Below, one piece after another: positions 17,001 through 25,683 of a stretch of DNA of 63,824 nt (within the stretch, counting starts at the first letter, position 1; every line of letters starts with the position of its first letter). The notes under the pieces are model-generated. The model was not told where the DNA came from. It worked only from the letters and a program-made list of their open reading frames with translations, and made no database searches. Origin of the DNA: a virus (Duplodnaviria; Caudoviricetes); the IMG/VR virus record IMGVR_UViG_3300036818_000131, positions 1 to 63,824 of that record; one strand, 5' to 3'. A program made the translations under genes and the position numbers.

Positions 17001-20000
17001 ATGTAGGGGCCACCGGAGTCGACCGCGACAATGAGCGGGTCGAGCTCGGCCGATTGATTGATGTCAGCGGCTAATTTGGTGGTGCGCTCAGTGATCTCCG
17101 GCTTGCCCGAGAAATAACTGAGCGGGACCTCGCGGACGCCCGACAAAACCTCATAGTTGCCGAAGGACGCGCCAATCGAGTCTTGATTGGGCGTATGCGC
17201 GCGCACAGTGCGACCGTCGACACTCTCGCCCGCCAATGGATAGAGCTGGTGGAGTGTCTCGTCGGTGGTGTCGAGCGCGACATGCCCCGATGGTGCTGGC
17301 GGCGTCATTCCAGCGCCCGGCGCGGCGCCCTTCGACGTTATGTAGCCATCGCGGTCAATGTCGTAGGTATTGCGGAAGAACGATGCCCCCTCGTCCGTCA
17401 TCATTGAGAGGCGGATTTTTTTGTCGGGGAACTCGCGGAAGAGATCGTTGACGAGCGCGGTGGCGGAGCCTTGCCGCCGTGCGTCCTCACGCGTGTGGAT
17501 GTTCTGAATTTGGACGTCGTCGCCGTAGATCGACAGATCAGCAGCGGCGCGGATTTGTCCATTTTCCGAAATGGATTTCGTGCCGAACAGTTCGCCGTGA
17601 TAGGCATCGTGGACGCTGGTATCTGCGATTTTCCGTGCAGCTTGATCGAGCGCCTCGGCGGCTTTGGCTTCCTTGCCGGCACCCATGCCGAGCACCATGC
17701 CGGCCGAGGCGAGACCACTGAGCCCGGTACCGATTGCGGCGGTGGTGTCGCCGCGCTGCAATGCCGGGACAACCCCGGCCAATGAGCGCATCGCGCTCCC
17801 GGTGTCGCTGACACCGGCCACGCGCATTGCGGCATCGACCGCCGAACTCGCCACCGTGGCCGGGCCGCCGCCGAGCTTCAGCGGGTCTGAGCGATCAGGA
17901 GCAGCATTGACGACATCGGCCGGGACGACGTATTCGCCCTCGTGCAGCAATGCCAGCCCAGTCTCGTCGACCGGGCCGCCATCATCGAAGCTCGGCACGT
18001 CGCTCGGCAATTGCTGCGTCGCTGCGGGGGTGACATTGGCGGGTGTCGTCGTCAGCGGCGATTGCGGGTTGATCTTCGCCTGCTCGGCCAGGATCTTCTG
18101 CGACGCCGCCTCGTCGAAGACCGGGTTTTCGCCCTGCGTCATCGCCTGCGAGCGATTGGTCGGGTTGGCCTCCCAATTGGCATAAGCGTCGCGCAGGCTT
18201 TGATTGTGCAGCAAATCCTGCGTGCGAACGATCTGGCCGCTGCTCAGGTGCCCGATATCATCGCCCTGTGAGGTCGGCTCGAACCCGCGGCCGTAATTGG
18301 TCCATTGCTGGCCGAGTTCGTTCACGCGGGTCTCAAGGGCGGGGCCGAACTGCTCAGGGGATGACAGATAGCCGGTGGTCGGCGGGCCCTCATGCGTAAC
18401 TTGGCTAAGGTCGCGACCAGTGTACGGCTGCGAAAAGAGATCGGGTCTCGAGGCCATGTAGGCCTCGGCCTCCGACGAGCTCATCGTCGGCCGGCCGCTC
18501 ATGTCTTGCAGGTAGGAGACGGTCTGCTCGCCGGTCATGAAGAACTGCTGGGGCCCGGCTGCGGTGTCCTCCGTGATGATCGGCGAGCCGCCCGCTAACT
18601 GGGCATAGCGCCCGCCGGTGGTGATGTCGCCGCGGGCATAGGCTGCCTGCGCTATTCCCAGATAGTCACCACCAGTACCGGTGCCGGTTCCAGCGCCGCT
18701 GCCGGTGTCTATGGTCTGGTCGCCCGGTCCAGAAGCTGTCCCAGGGACGGTAGCTTGCGTCGCGGTCGGGCTCTGCAAATCATGGAGGGCTTGCGTGTTG
18801 TCCTTTGTCGCCTGCGTGTTGTCGGCGGTGTCGCCGGTCAGCTTCTGGTCGGCCGTAACCGATTGGGCGATCTGCGAGGTCTGTGCGTTGGACTGGGTGG
18901 CGCTGTGGTCCGTCGCGTGCGCCGCGGCCGTGCCGTTGCCCGTTGCGGTAGCCGTTGTCAGTGCCGGGGCGAGCGCCGGCGGGGCGAGCTCGAGGTTGAA
19001 TTTGTCGAGTGTCGCGGTGGTCTGGCCGAGGGTGTCGATCAGATCGGCATTGGCCGATCGGATCGCCGACTGAAAGCTCTGCGTCGAGCTGCCGATCACC
19101 TCGGCATTAGCTGTCGCCAGCGCATTGCCGAATGACGGCGCGCTGCTGTCGACACCTTGCGACACCGCTTCGGTGATCTGGGTATTCAGAGCCGAGCCGC
19201 CGCCATCGAACCCAACCTGGGGATCGAACCCGAGTTGGGGCAGTGGTGCGTTGGGAGCCGGCGCAGAGCGGCCGAGCTGCCCCGTGCCGCGATCGGTGGT
19301 TGCCAGCGCGGTGCCGGTTTCACCAGCCGCAGCCCGACCGGCCCCGGCGCTGAGCGCGCCGCTCGGCACGTTGATCAGCAGATGCTCGGCGACAAAGCTG
19401 GCCATATCGTCGGCCGGCACCGGCACGCCGGTATTGCCGGCGTCTTGGATATGCCGGACCTGCCCGGCGTAATTATTCGCGGTGCCGACAAACGCATCGC
19501 CCAGATTGGTGAGCTGCTGTTGGACGTGTGCGATCGGCTGGTCGAAGAAATCCTGAAAGTCCTGGCCGATGCCTTCGACGAACCCGGGCTTGGCGCTAAC
19601 GCCGGCCGTGGCGGCATCGGCCGGGATGATCGTCTCGCCGGCATGCACGAACGCCAGCCCGGTGCTCTCGACGGTGCCGCCTTGCTCAAAGGCCGGGACG
19701 CTATCGGGGGCGCCGCCGGCGAGCGGCAGGCACATTTGCTCGGTCGCGGGTGTCGGGGCGGCGGGCTCCACGGGAGCCGCAGAGGGGGGAGCTGCGGCTG
19801 TGACGGGTAACCCGCCGCCCGACGGTGTGGCCGGCGCCGAAAGAGTGGTGCCGGCGACCTGTGCGACGTTGACTAGCTGTGGGCCGGTCTGTTGTGCGAC
19901 GTTGACTGGCTGTGGGCCGGTCTGTGCGGCATAGACCTGATTGGCGTAATCCGCACGCCGTGGCGCGTCGGCTAGTGATTTCGGCCGCTCGAGGTTTTTC

Positions 20001-23000
20001 TCGAACCGCTTCGCCAGTTCGCCGGCCGCATCGCCGGCCTTTTTGAAGGTTGGATCGAGCTTCGAGAGCTGCTGATCCATGAACTCCATCTGGACTTGCC
20101 AGTCGGTCGGTGACCGGCCACTCGACGCCGCATAGGCCTCCATCGCCTGCCGGTTGCCGACCTGCGGATTTTCCTGGAACAGCCCGAGTTCGCCGGCTTT
20201 GCCGACGGCATCGGTGCGCAGATGGGACTCGGCCGCGGCATTGCCAATGACCGCGGCTGCAGCGCTCGGCGAATAGCCGTGCGCCAGCAGCCACTGGTAC
20301 ATCTGCGATTGCATCGCGGCGGAGCCCGGCACTGGGCCTTCGCCGGCGGTGGATTCCGCCGCCGTCTTGCTCGGGCTCTGGCCGCCCGCGATCGTTGGCG
20401 TGCCGCCAGCACCGCCCGGCGCGCCCGCACCGCTCAGCGCGCGCAATGCGTCGGTATTGGCCTTGGTCGCATCGGTATTGGCGCCGGTCGCCAGCCGCAG
20501 CTGGTCCTCGGGCTTCAGCTTGTCGCTGTCGCCAAACCCCAGCATATCGCCGAGGCCACCAAACAGCTCGCCAATGCCCGATTGGTCGAACAGCTTTTGC
20601 AAGGTCTTTTCGAGCAGCTTCTTTTCCTGCTGCTCGAAGAATTTCGCGATCGCCTGACCCCAACTCTCCTTGTGCTCCATGACGCCGGTGATTGCGTCGG
20701 TGAGCGAGCTCGCCAATTCCTTGTCGATGTCTTTGGCGCGTTTGACGCGCTCTTCCTCTGCCTTTTCCCAGATCTCGCGCTGTTTGTCGGCGTCGCGCTG
20801 TGCCACTTCCGCCGAGCGATCGGCGATCTGGTTTTCGAGCTCTTCGTTCCCTTTGGCCTTGGCGGCTTCTTGCGCCAGGATCTGCTGCACCGCTGCCGCA
20901 TGGCTGGCGACGATGCGGTCTTCGAGGGCGGCCGCGGTCGACGCGGTGAGCTCGCCCATCGAGCGGCGGCGCTCGACCGAGTGCAGATCGGCCTGCTCCT
21001 GCTGATCGATGATGCGGCGCTGGTTCTCCAGCTGTTTGATCGCGCGCCGGGCTTCTTGGTCGGCGTAATTTTGCTGCTGGGTCTCGAGACGCTTTCTGCC
21101 CTCGCTGCGCTCGCCCTCGTCCTTGTTGTTCTGGATCTGCTGTGCCTCGGGGCCGAGCCGCACGCCGGCGTCCTCGCGGGCCTTCTTCTCCTTGGCAATG
21201 GTTTCATCGATCAGCGCGATGCGCGCGCGCAAGAGCCGCTCGATTTCCGCCTCGTTGTGGCGGGCCGCGGTGATCTCTTCGTCGAGCGCCTTCAGCCGTG
21301 CCGATTTGTCGGACTCGATGAGCCGGATGACCTCATTGAGGTGGCTGCGTTCGGCTGCGGCAACCCGCTCCTTCTGCGCCAGGACCTCGCCTTCGCCGAC
21401 CAGCTCCTGTTGCTGCGCCTGCTGCAGCAATTCGAGGATATGGCGCTCGGTCGCGAGCCGCTCGGTGGAGCCGCTTTCGGTCTCGTCGGCGCGGGCCCGT
21501 TCGGTCGCGATGGTGCTCTGCAGACGTTCTTTGGCGGCTCTGCGTTCCGCGTCGGTGACGGCATTGATCTGCTGTTTGACGGCCGGGGTCTGATCGGCCA
21601 GCTGACCCGCTTCTTCGGGGGTTTTGCCCTGCTCCGTCAGGCGTTGGATTTCGAGGTTGCGGACCGCATCGCGCTTCTTCTTCTCGATCTCGACAACCAG
21701 GTCGGCATTCTTCTGATGCTGGCGCGCCTCCTCATCGAGATCGCGCAGGGTTGTCTGCAGCGCCTCGTCCGCGGCCTGCTTTTTGACCTCGGCAAGGTGC
21801 TTGTCGGCAGCCTCGACGGCGGTGGCATTGACGAGCGGGTGCGCTTCGGCCGCGGCGGCACGGATCGCCGCGTTGACCTGCTCCTCGATCGCGACGCGCT
21901 GTTGGCCCGATTTCCCGGCTTGCGCCTCGGCCTCGCGCATCTGGTCGATCCAGGTCTTGAACTCCTGTTCGCGCTGCGTGCGGACCGCGGACTGGTATTG
22001 GTTTTCCGCGGCGATCGCTGTCGGGGTCTGCCGCGCCAGCGGCGCCGCTTCCTCGCGGGCCCGCGGCAATGCTTCGGCGACCGGGATGCTTTCACGTTCA
22101 GAAATCGCCAGCGCATGGACCTTGGCGATGGCCTCGGCCTCGTAACGCACGACCTCGTCGGCGATCTGCCGGCGGATGGCGATCACCGCCTGGGCGTTGT
22201 TGCGCTGCGCTTCGAGCTCGCCCTGCAATTTCGCCATGCGCGCGGCGTGCTGCTCGGTCTCGGCAGCACCATGAGTGTTCGCGGCTTCGATCTCGAGGCG
22301 TTGCTGCGCGGTCTTGACGTTTTCGAGTTGTGTCTGCAATTGCTGAGCGGCGGCATTGTTGCCCGCCATCAGCGCGCCTTCGATCTGCCCCTCTAGCGCG
22401 AGTTGGGTGTTTTTCAGTTGATTGAGTTGCAGGCCGAGGGTGTTGCGCTTCTGCTCTTCTTTGGTGAGGTCGGAGGCGGTGTCCAACCCCGCCGAGACCT
22501 CGGGCAGTTGTGCTGGTGTCGGACGCTTCTCTTCCCCGATATGCTCTTTCGGCAGCTCCTTTGGGTAGACTTCAGTGAGGCCGCTCAGGCCTCCCATCGC
22601 GCCCTCGCCCATCGCCGCGGCGAGCGAATAATATTCGCGCAGCGCGTTGGTCTTCTTTTGACGGGCCTCGGCCTGGCCGCCCGCACCGCCCTCGATCGCT
22701 CGCGTTACCGCGTCATAGGCCTCGGGGATCCGGTGTGTTTCCTCGAGAGACTTGACATAATCACGAAGCAACTGACCGTTTTCGGCCAATGCTCCGTTGG
22801 TGTCCAAGATCTTCTCAGCCCATTTCTCGTAAGCCTCGGGACCGCCGCTGACGGCCTGGACAACCTTTTTGGCTTCCTCCGCCGCAGTGGTGTGTCCGAG
22901 TTGGGCCAACGCCTCGGAGAGCCTGGCGAAGCCCTCCTGCGATGCCAATGCGTTGGAAGGCAGATTGCGAAATTCGTCACTGATCGCGCGGATTTGCGCA

Positions 23001-23761
23001 CCGGTCTCGTGGTATTCGCTCGACAGCATCCGGGTGAATGACGCCGCCTGTGTTTTTGCTTGTTCGTAGCCGACACCGCCCTGCACCAGCCGATCGGTCG
23101 CATCGCGCAGTGCCAGCACGCCTTCGATGGCCTGGTAGGCGGCATAGCCGATCGCCGCCAATGCGCCGACACCGGCAACCGCGGCAACGCCCCACACGCC
23201 GGAAAGGCTGCTGACGATCGTGTGCAGTGAGCCCATGCGCTCGAGCAGCACGACGATCGAGCCGGGGATGCGGTTGAAATTCCCGGTCATCGCCTCGTGG
23301 CCGAGGACGAGGAATTCGCGCGTCGTGCCGGCGGTGGCGAATTGCAGTCTGCCGTGCGCCTCGGTGAGGCCTTCGGCATTTTCATTCGCGGCTTGGAACG
23401 CCTCGCTCGCGCGATTGATGCCGGCGACCGACTCGTCGAATGAACCGAGCCCGGATTGGACGCGCGAGAGCGAGGCAACGAACTCTTGCTCGGCCTGCGA
23501 GAGGACCCGCGTCGACTGTGCCGCCTGCGCGGCACTCTGCGCCAATTTGACATTGGCGGCGGACGCCGCCTGTGCGGCGTCGGCCTCCTTGGCGAGGAGT
23601 TCGAGCGCCTTTTCGAAATTGCCATTGGTCTGCGCGAGCGCCGCAGCCATTTGTTTTTGGCTGACTTCGAGCTGCTGTGTCGCCGCCCCCACCTGGTTGA
23701 CGCCGGCGACAAAGCCCGAGGTCTCAGCGGTGATTTTGACGTTGATCGAGCCGTCGGGCAT
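14006..23761 (-). CDS. Giant multidomain tape measure protein (3251 aa)
   Basis: Lies between the tail chaperone and Dit; N-terminal INVKITA and ~1100 aa of helical/coiled coil; C-terminal HVHLSAIDSRS typical of GTA-type TMPs. Confidence 0.9.
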   Translation of the reverse strand: MPDGSINVKITAETSGFVAGVNQVGAATQQLEVSQKQMAAALAQTNGNFEKALELLAKEADAAQAASAANVKLAQSAAQAAQSTRVLSQAEQEFVASLSRVQSGLGSFDESVAGINRASEAFQAANENAEGLTEAHGRLQFATAGTTREFLVLGHEAMTGNFNRIPGSIVVLLERMGSLHTIVSSLSGVWGVAAVAGVGALAAIGYAAYQAIEGVLALRDATDRLVQGGVGYEQAKTQAASFTRMLSSEYHETGAQIRAISDEFRNLPSNALASQEGFARLSEALAQLGHTTAAEEAKKVVQAVSGGPEAYEKWAEKILDTNGALAENGQLLRDYVKSLEETHRIPEAYDAVTRAIEGGAGGQAEARQKKTNALREYYSLAAAMGEGAMGGLSGLTEVYPKELPKEHIGEEKRPTPAQLPEVSAGLDTASDLTKEEQKRNTLGLQLNQLKNTQLALEGQIEGALMAGNNAAAQQLQTQLENVKTAQQRLEIEAANTHGAAETEQHAARMAKLQGELEAQRNNAQAVIAIRRQIADEVVRYEAEAIAKVHALAISERESIPVAEALPRAREEAAPLARQTPTAIAAENQYQSAVRTQREQEFKTWIDQMREAEAQAGKSGQQRVAIEEQVNAAIRAAAAEAHPLVNATAVEAADKHLAEVKKQAADEALQTTLRDLDEEARQHQKNADLVVEIEKKKRDAVRNLEIQRLTEQGKTPEEAGQLADQTPAVKQQINAVTDAERRAAKERLQSTIATERARADETESGSTERLATERHILELLQQAQQQELVGEGEVLAQKERVAAAERSHLNEVIRLIESDKSARLKALDEEITAARHNEAEIERLLRARIALIDETIAKEKKAREDAGVRLGPEAQQIQNNKDEGERSEGRKRLETQQQNYADQEARRAIKQLENQRRIIDQQEQADLHSVERRRSMGELTASTAAALEDRIVASHAAAVQQILAQEAAKAKGNEELENQIADRSAEVAQRDADKQREIWEKAEEERVKRAKDIDKELASSLTDAITGVMEHKESWGQAIAKFFEQQEKKLLEKTLQKLFDQSGIGELFGGLGDMLGFGDSDKLKPEDQLRLATGANTDATKANTDALRALSGAGAPGGAGGTPTIAGGQSPSKTAAESTAGEGPVPGSAAMQSQMYQWLLAHGYSPSAAAAVIGNAAAESHLRTDAVGKAGELGLFQENPQVGNRQAMEAYAASSGRSPTDWQVQMEFMDQQLSKLDPTFKKAGDAAGELAKRFEKNLERPKSLADAPRRADYANQVYAAQTGPQPVNVAQQTGPQLVNVAQVAGTTLSAPATPSGGGLPVTAAAPPSAAPVEPAAPTPATEQMCLPLAGGAPDSVPAFEQGGTVESTGLAFVHAGETIIPADAATAGVSAKPGFVEGIGQDFQDFFDQPIAHVQQQLTNLGDAFVGTANNYAGQVRHIQDAGNTGVPVPADDMASFVAEHLLINVPSGALSAGAGRAAAGETGTALATTDRGTGQLGRSAPAPNAPLPQLGFDPQVGFDGGGSALNTQITEAVSQGVDSSAPSFGNALATANAEVIGSSTQSFQSAIRSANADLIDTLGQTTATLDKFNLELAPPALAPALTTATATGNGTAAAHATDHSATQSNAQTSQIAQSVTADQKLTGDTADNTQATKDNTQALHDLQSPTATQATVPGTASGPGDQTIDTGSGAGTGTGTGGDYLGIAQAAYARGDITTGGRYAQLAGGSPIITEDTAAGPQQFFMTGEQTVSYLQDMSGRPTMSSSEAEAYMASRPDLFSQPYTGRDLSQVTHEGPPTTGYLSSPEQFGPALETRVNELGQQWTNYGRGFEPTSQGDDIGHLSSGQIVRTQDLLHNQSLRDAYANWEANPTNRSQAMTQGENPVFDEAASQKILAEQAKINPQSPLTTTPANVTPAATQQLPSDVPSFDDGGPVDETGLALLHEGEYVVPADVVNAAPDRSDPLKLGGGPATVASSAVDAAMRVAGVSDTGSAMRSLAGVVPALQRGDTTAAIGTGLSGLASAGMVLGMGAGKEAKAAEALDQAARKIADTSVHDAYHGELFGTKSISENGQIRAAADLSIYGDDVQIQNIHTREDARRQGSATALVNDLFREFPDKKIRLSMMTDEGASFFRNTYDIDRDGYITSKGAAPGAGMTPPAPSGHVALDTTDETLHQLYPLAGESVDGRTVRAHTPNQDSIGASFGNYEVLSGVREVPLSYFSGKPEITERTTKLAADINQSAELDPLIVAVDSGGPYILEGGHRYDALQMLGAKSFPAHVVLDLDDLPDTLPSKLPHLAAGGTVTQSGAAVVHAGEIVLPASTITQQQPAIATLQPQQNGLGKGWEIWAAAGAAMLALFSGKGGLGGLFGGGDKGQDPSAQATDKNTAATDQNTQALLQHQTDQPQAAPATLAPGNPAPGREQGAPATPSATPPANAAATQLASVAATPTGTSGGGLSDKLLAAGFTSPEGPQNFIKGTLDAANAVAQITSPIPGVPTITANLAAMNRAQGWTGFGDTGNTGNPLVINADNPLGTPLTPFEAGSDWSSDVPSFDDGGPVEQTGLALVHQGEFIIPADQVASASDSPAAGFTDPFHPIAQIVARVFGQPIGEQYRGLTGAPDPTDPDDPRRAPNWSSSAGDTSADGDWSSDSMLEGAVIPSAAGGAIVVPGEIAPVATQGSASPTLPPIPGLGKGWEIWAALLALLMMLMGKGGQKGQASGATSQKTTPLAAGSAKLTGPTSAQISGLPGGSAGDLSTADAADLGGQLAAQDLGEADAAELGGELVAQDFGTVGMADIGTGFPDVADVHEFAGGGVIPSAAGGLQVHETALPQAIKSGVRALAAKGDVAPFAKGRLTSALGGAPVADGKGGQIAVVHPGEMILPAAETSQVLGAMSSEGGAIVPPGVMSAAGGTVVGLPEQQTVSSLGFVTPTLVPANPQSNLAGLTQILALLMALQKLMGSGGLLGGLFGGGGQGGQGGGGQGGQGGGGLFGWLGGLFGGGGSGGGGAGTGVQGLTTAANQAAPALQGLTGSTTTASSGLTGFSGLLGSLFSGGQGGGGGGIIGGVLGFVPKILGGLFALEKGGVIPSAAGGMVVGGMMVGGGGAVADGKGGRLIVAHPNEMVLPAPISRGLQNLIASAAPPPPDGGLGRILGMTMMGGRQIPHFAQGAWEVDRDMVGLLHHGEQVIPSSFAEGLRGASGGGSPAGPSVNYGDTHVHLSAIDSRSGAAFLMAHSDTIAKSFFRAHRNNSRFTPGG
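16915..17250 (-). other. ParB/Srx-like domain within TMP
   Basis: VREVPLS.F...LAADI......PLIVAVD..GPYILEGGHRYDAL..LG. Confidence 0.75.
17330..17600 (-). other. GNAT acetyltransferase domain within TMP
   Basis: IQNIHTREDARRQGSATALV (motif A, R/QxxGxA) and MTDEGASFF. Confidence 0.75.
19930..20314 (-). other. Phage tail lysozyme (Phage_lysozyme2-like) domain within TMP
   Basis: GYS..AAAAVIGN..AES, GLFQ, Q.EFM..L, A..FE..LERP, R..YA..VY. Confidence 0.85.
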
Positions 23762-23820
23762 GGTCGACCTCCGTCACATCCGTTGAATGGAAAAACCCAG
23801 GAAAACCGCGGTCTTTTTCA

Positions 23821-23849
23821 ATGCACGCAATGGTGCAATGTGCTACAAT
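23821..23849 (+). promoter_or_regulatory. Possible sigma70-type promoter for the moron at 23884
   Basis: AT-rich intergenic region; ATGCAC-17 bp-TACAAT; contains TGCAC...GTGCA. Confidence 0.4.
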
Positions 23850-23883
23850 CTTAGGTAGTTGAACGGCTCACAGGACAGCAAGC

Positions 23884-24237
23884 ATGTTTAAAACCGAGCT
23901 CAAAAACAGACTCGCATTCGGCATAGCCGTGGCGGTCATAGCCGTCGCGACCATTGGGACCGCGATCTCTCTCTACGATCTTCGGAGCCGCCAGAACCAT
24001 GTCGTCGATTGGGTCCAAGGCTTCCACCAAAGGGGGGGCTCACCGGTCCCCGCAGAAGACGACATCCGGTTCGTCTTCAGCTTGCTACACGACCGGGGCT
24101 ACACTGATAAGGAGATCTACGCCTGCGCGACCTTCATCGCGCTGGACCGGTGCCTGTATGAGGCGCACCACCCGTCGGCGGCATTGCTCGCGGGCATTAG
24201 GGGGTGGGAAGGGCCGTATTTCCCCTTTCCACAATGA
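23884..24237 (+). CDS. Membrane-anchored moron protein
   Basis: One N-terminal TM helix, two Cys, AGGA RBS; antisense to the tail operon. Confidence 0.6.
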   Translation: MFKTELKNRLAFGIAVAVIAVATIGTAISLYDLRSRQNHVVDWVQGFHQRGGSPVPAEDDIRFVFSLLHDRGYTDKEIYACATFIALDRCLYEAHHPSAALLAGIRGWEGPYFPFPQ

Positions 24238-24489
24238 GGGCAACCGGGTCATCGGCGTCGTTGGAGTGCTTGGATTGGTGGGTGTCGCGGGTCGGCTCGT
24301 TGCGATTGAGACCAAGCGCGGTTAGGGTCGCCCCGAAAACTGCATGTACTTTCGCGACTGACGAGAAGGCCCGCAAGGCCGCCGAGAGCGCCAAACCGCC
24401 GAAGCCCAGGTCGAAGCCATAGGGTCGATCGATGAGCGACGAGAAGGTAGTCGGATGGCTCAATTCGGCATCGATAGGAGAATAGCCGC

Positions 24490-24825
24490 ATGAGCAAGGG
24501 CATCGAGGACGAGCTTTACGAGATGGTGAACATCTATCCGGCGGATAGCGGCTTGCCGATGACCGTTTGGGCCGGGCCCCGCGGCAATGCTCGCCATGAT
24601 GTTCGGGTCAAGGTCAACATGGCGCACGGCGATCGGATGTCGATCGCCAACACCGCAGTCGTTGCAGTTCGTCCGGTGCCACGCTTGATTGCCGGGCGGT
24701 TGTCCTCGGCTGATCTGCAAGCCGTCAGTGACTGGTTGCGGCTCAACCAGGCGGCGCTCGTGGCGCATTGGGACGGCCAGATTTCCGGCGTCGAGTTCGG
24801 TCGGCGATTGCAGCGCCTGCCATAA
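24490..24825 (+). CDS. DUF4160-like protein
   Basis: EM.N....SGLPM.VW...RG.ARH..RVKV...WL.LN..AL..HW; AGGAG RBS. Confidence 0.65.
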   Translation: MSKGIEDELYEMVNIYPADSGLPMTVWAGPRGNARHDVRVKVNMAHGDRMSIANTAVVAVRPVPRLIAGRLSSADLQAVSDWLRLNQAALVAHWDGQISGVEFGRRLQRLP

Positions 24826-24829
24826 CGGG

Positions 24830-25102
24830 CTAATTGAGCCCGATGACGCCGCCCGGGAACTCACTGAGCATCTGGAACGCATTGACCGTGCGCTGCGGCT
24901 TCTTGTAGCCGAAATAGGAGGCGACAAAGAGATCGGCGGGCGGCTCGTCGACCCATTCTTCGTACATTGCATTGAGCCGCGGCATCGTGAGGTCGTCTTC
25001 CCACCATTCCCAGCGCGAGCCCTTCAGCCGGTTGCAGACATGGGCGATGATCTTGTCCCAATCGGGGAGCTCGGGTTCGGGCTCCCCGGCTCGGCCAAAG
25101 GG
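24830..25102 (-). CDS. Tail assembly chaperone frameshift extension (gpGT-like C-terminal part)
   Basis: The -1 frame after the slippery site reads PFGRAGEPEPELPDWDKIIAHV...LTMPRL.AM...W...PP. Confidence 0.75.
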   Translation of the reverse strand, partial: PFGRAGEPEPELPDWDKIIAHVCNRLKGSRWEWWEDDLTMPRLNAMYEEWVDEPPADLFVASYFGYKKPQRTVNAFQMLSEFPGGVIGLN

Positions 25103-25683
25103 GCGGTAACCGGTTCGGACCTCTTCATCATGCCGGTCTGCTGTGCGACGATGCCGATCGCGTCGATCATTTCCAGCATGCCGATCGCCATGTCGTCGAA
25201 CTGCGCCCGGGTCGTTTGCGGATGCGCCCGGGTCAATGCCCAATAGAGCGCATCGCAGATCACATCGAAAAACTGCGGCTCCAATTCCATCGCGATTTCG
25301 AACGAGAAATCGGTGATCTGCCAGATCTTTTGGCGCAGCGCCGCCTCCGAGCCGAGCTGCGCGACGAGGCTCGCCTTCTCCTCGGCAGCGAACTTGCCGA
25401 GCTTGGCCTCGGCGATCTCGCGCATGCGCTTGGTGACTTTTGCGACCGCCGGCACGACGATGCGGTTCTGCCGCGGCGCCAGGAGCGGGATCGGCCACTC
25501 CTTGCCGGCGAGGTGGATCGTCGGGGTCGAGCCGTCCTTGGCGCGCTCATTGGGCTCGGGCATCAGAGCCATGGGATTTTGGGTCGTGCTGCCATTGGGG
25601 AAGGGCGGCGGCAGTGCGGATGGCGCAGCGGCCGATGGAACAGCCGCGCCGAGCACTTGCGCGATGTCGGCAATGTCGGCCAT
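25024..25683 (-). CDS. Tail assembly chaperone (gpG-like)
   Basis: TI.LAGKEWPIP.LAPRQNRIVVP, ALTRAHP; lies between tail tube and TMP. Confidence 0.8.
   Translation of the reverse strand: MADIADIAQVLGAAVPSAAAPSALPPPFPNGSTTQNPMALMPEPNERAKDGSTPTIHLAGKEWPIPLLAPRQNRIVVPAVAKVTKRMREIAEAKLGKFAAEEKASLVAQLGSEAALRQKIWQITDFSFEIAMELEPQFFDVICDALYWALTRAHPQTTRAQFDDMAIGMLEMIDAIGIVAQQTGMMKRSEPVTAPLAEPGSPNPSSPIGTRSSPMSATG
25096..25102 (-). promoter_or_regulatory. -1 programmed ribosomal frameshift site C-CCT-TTG
   Basis: In-frame XXXYYYZ heptamer joining the chaperone ORF to the downstream overlapping ORF. Confidence 0.8.

Noticed and set aside
20222-22396. Long plus-strand ORFs (724 aa here; also 6600-8177, 29745-31262, 51750-53759, 60240-61325)
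   Set aside because: Antisense shadows of well-supported minus-strand genes in high-GC DNA; no recognisable motifs or RBS.
24197-24463. Short ORFs between the moron and DUF4160
   Set aside because: Several competing frames on both strands, none with a convincing start or motif.
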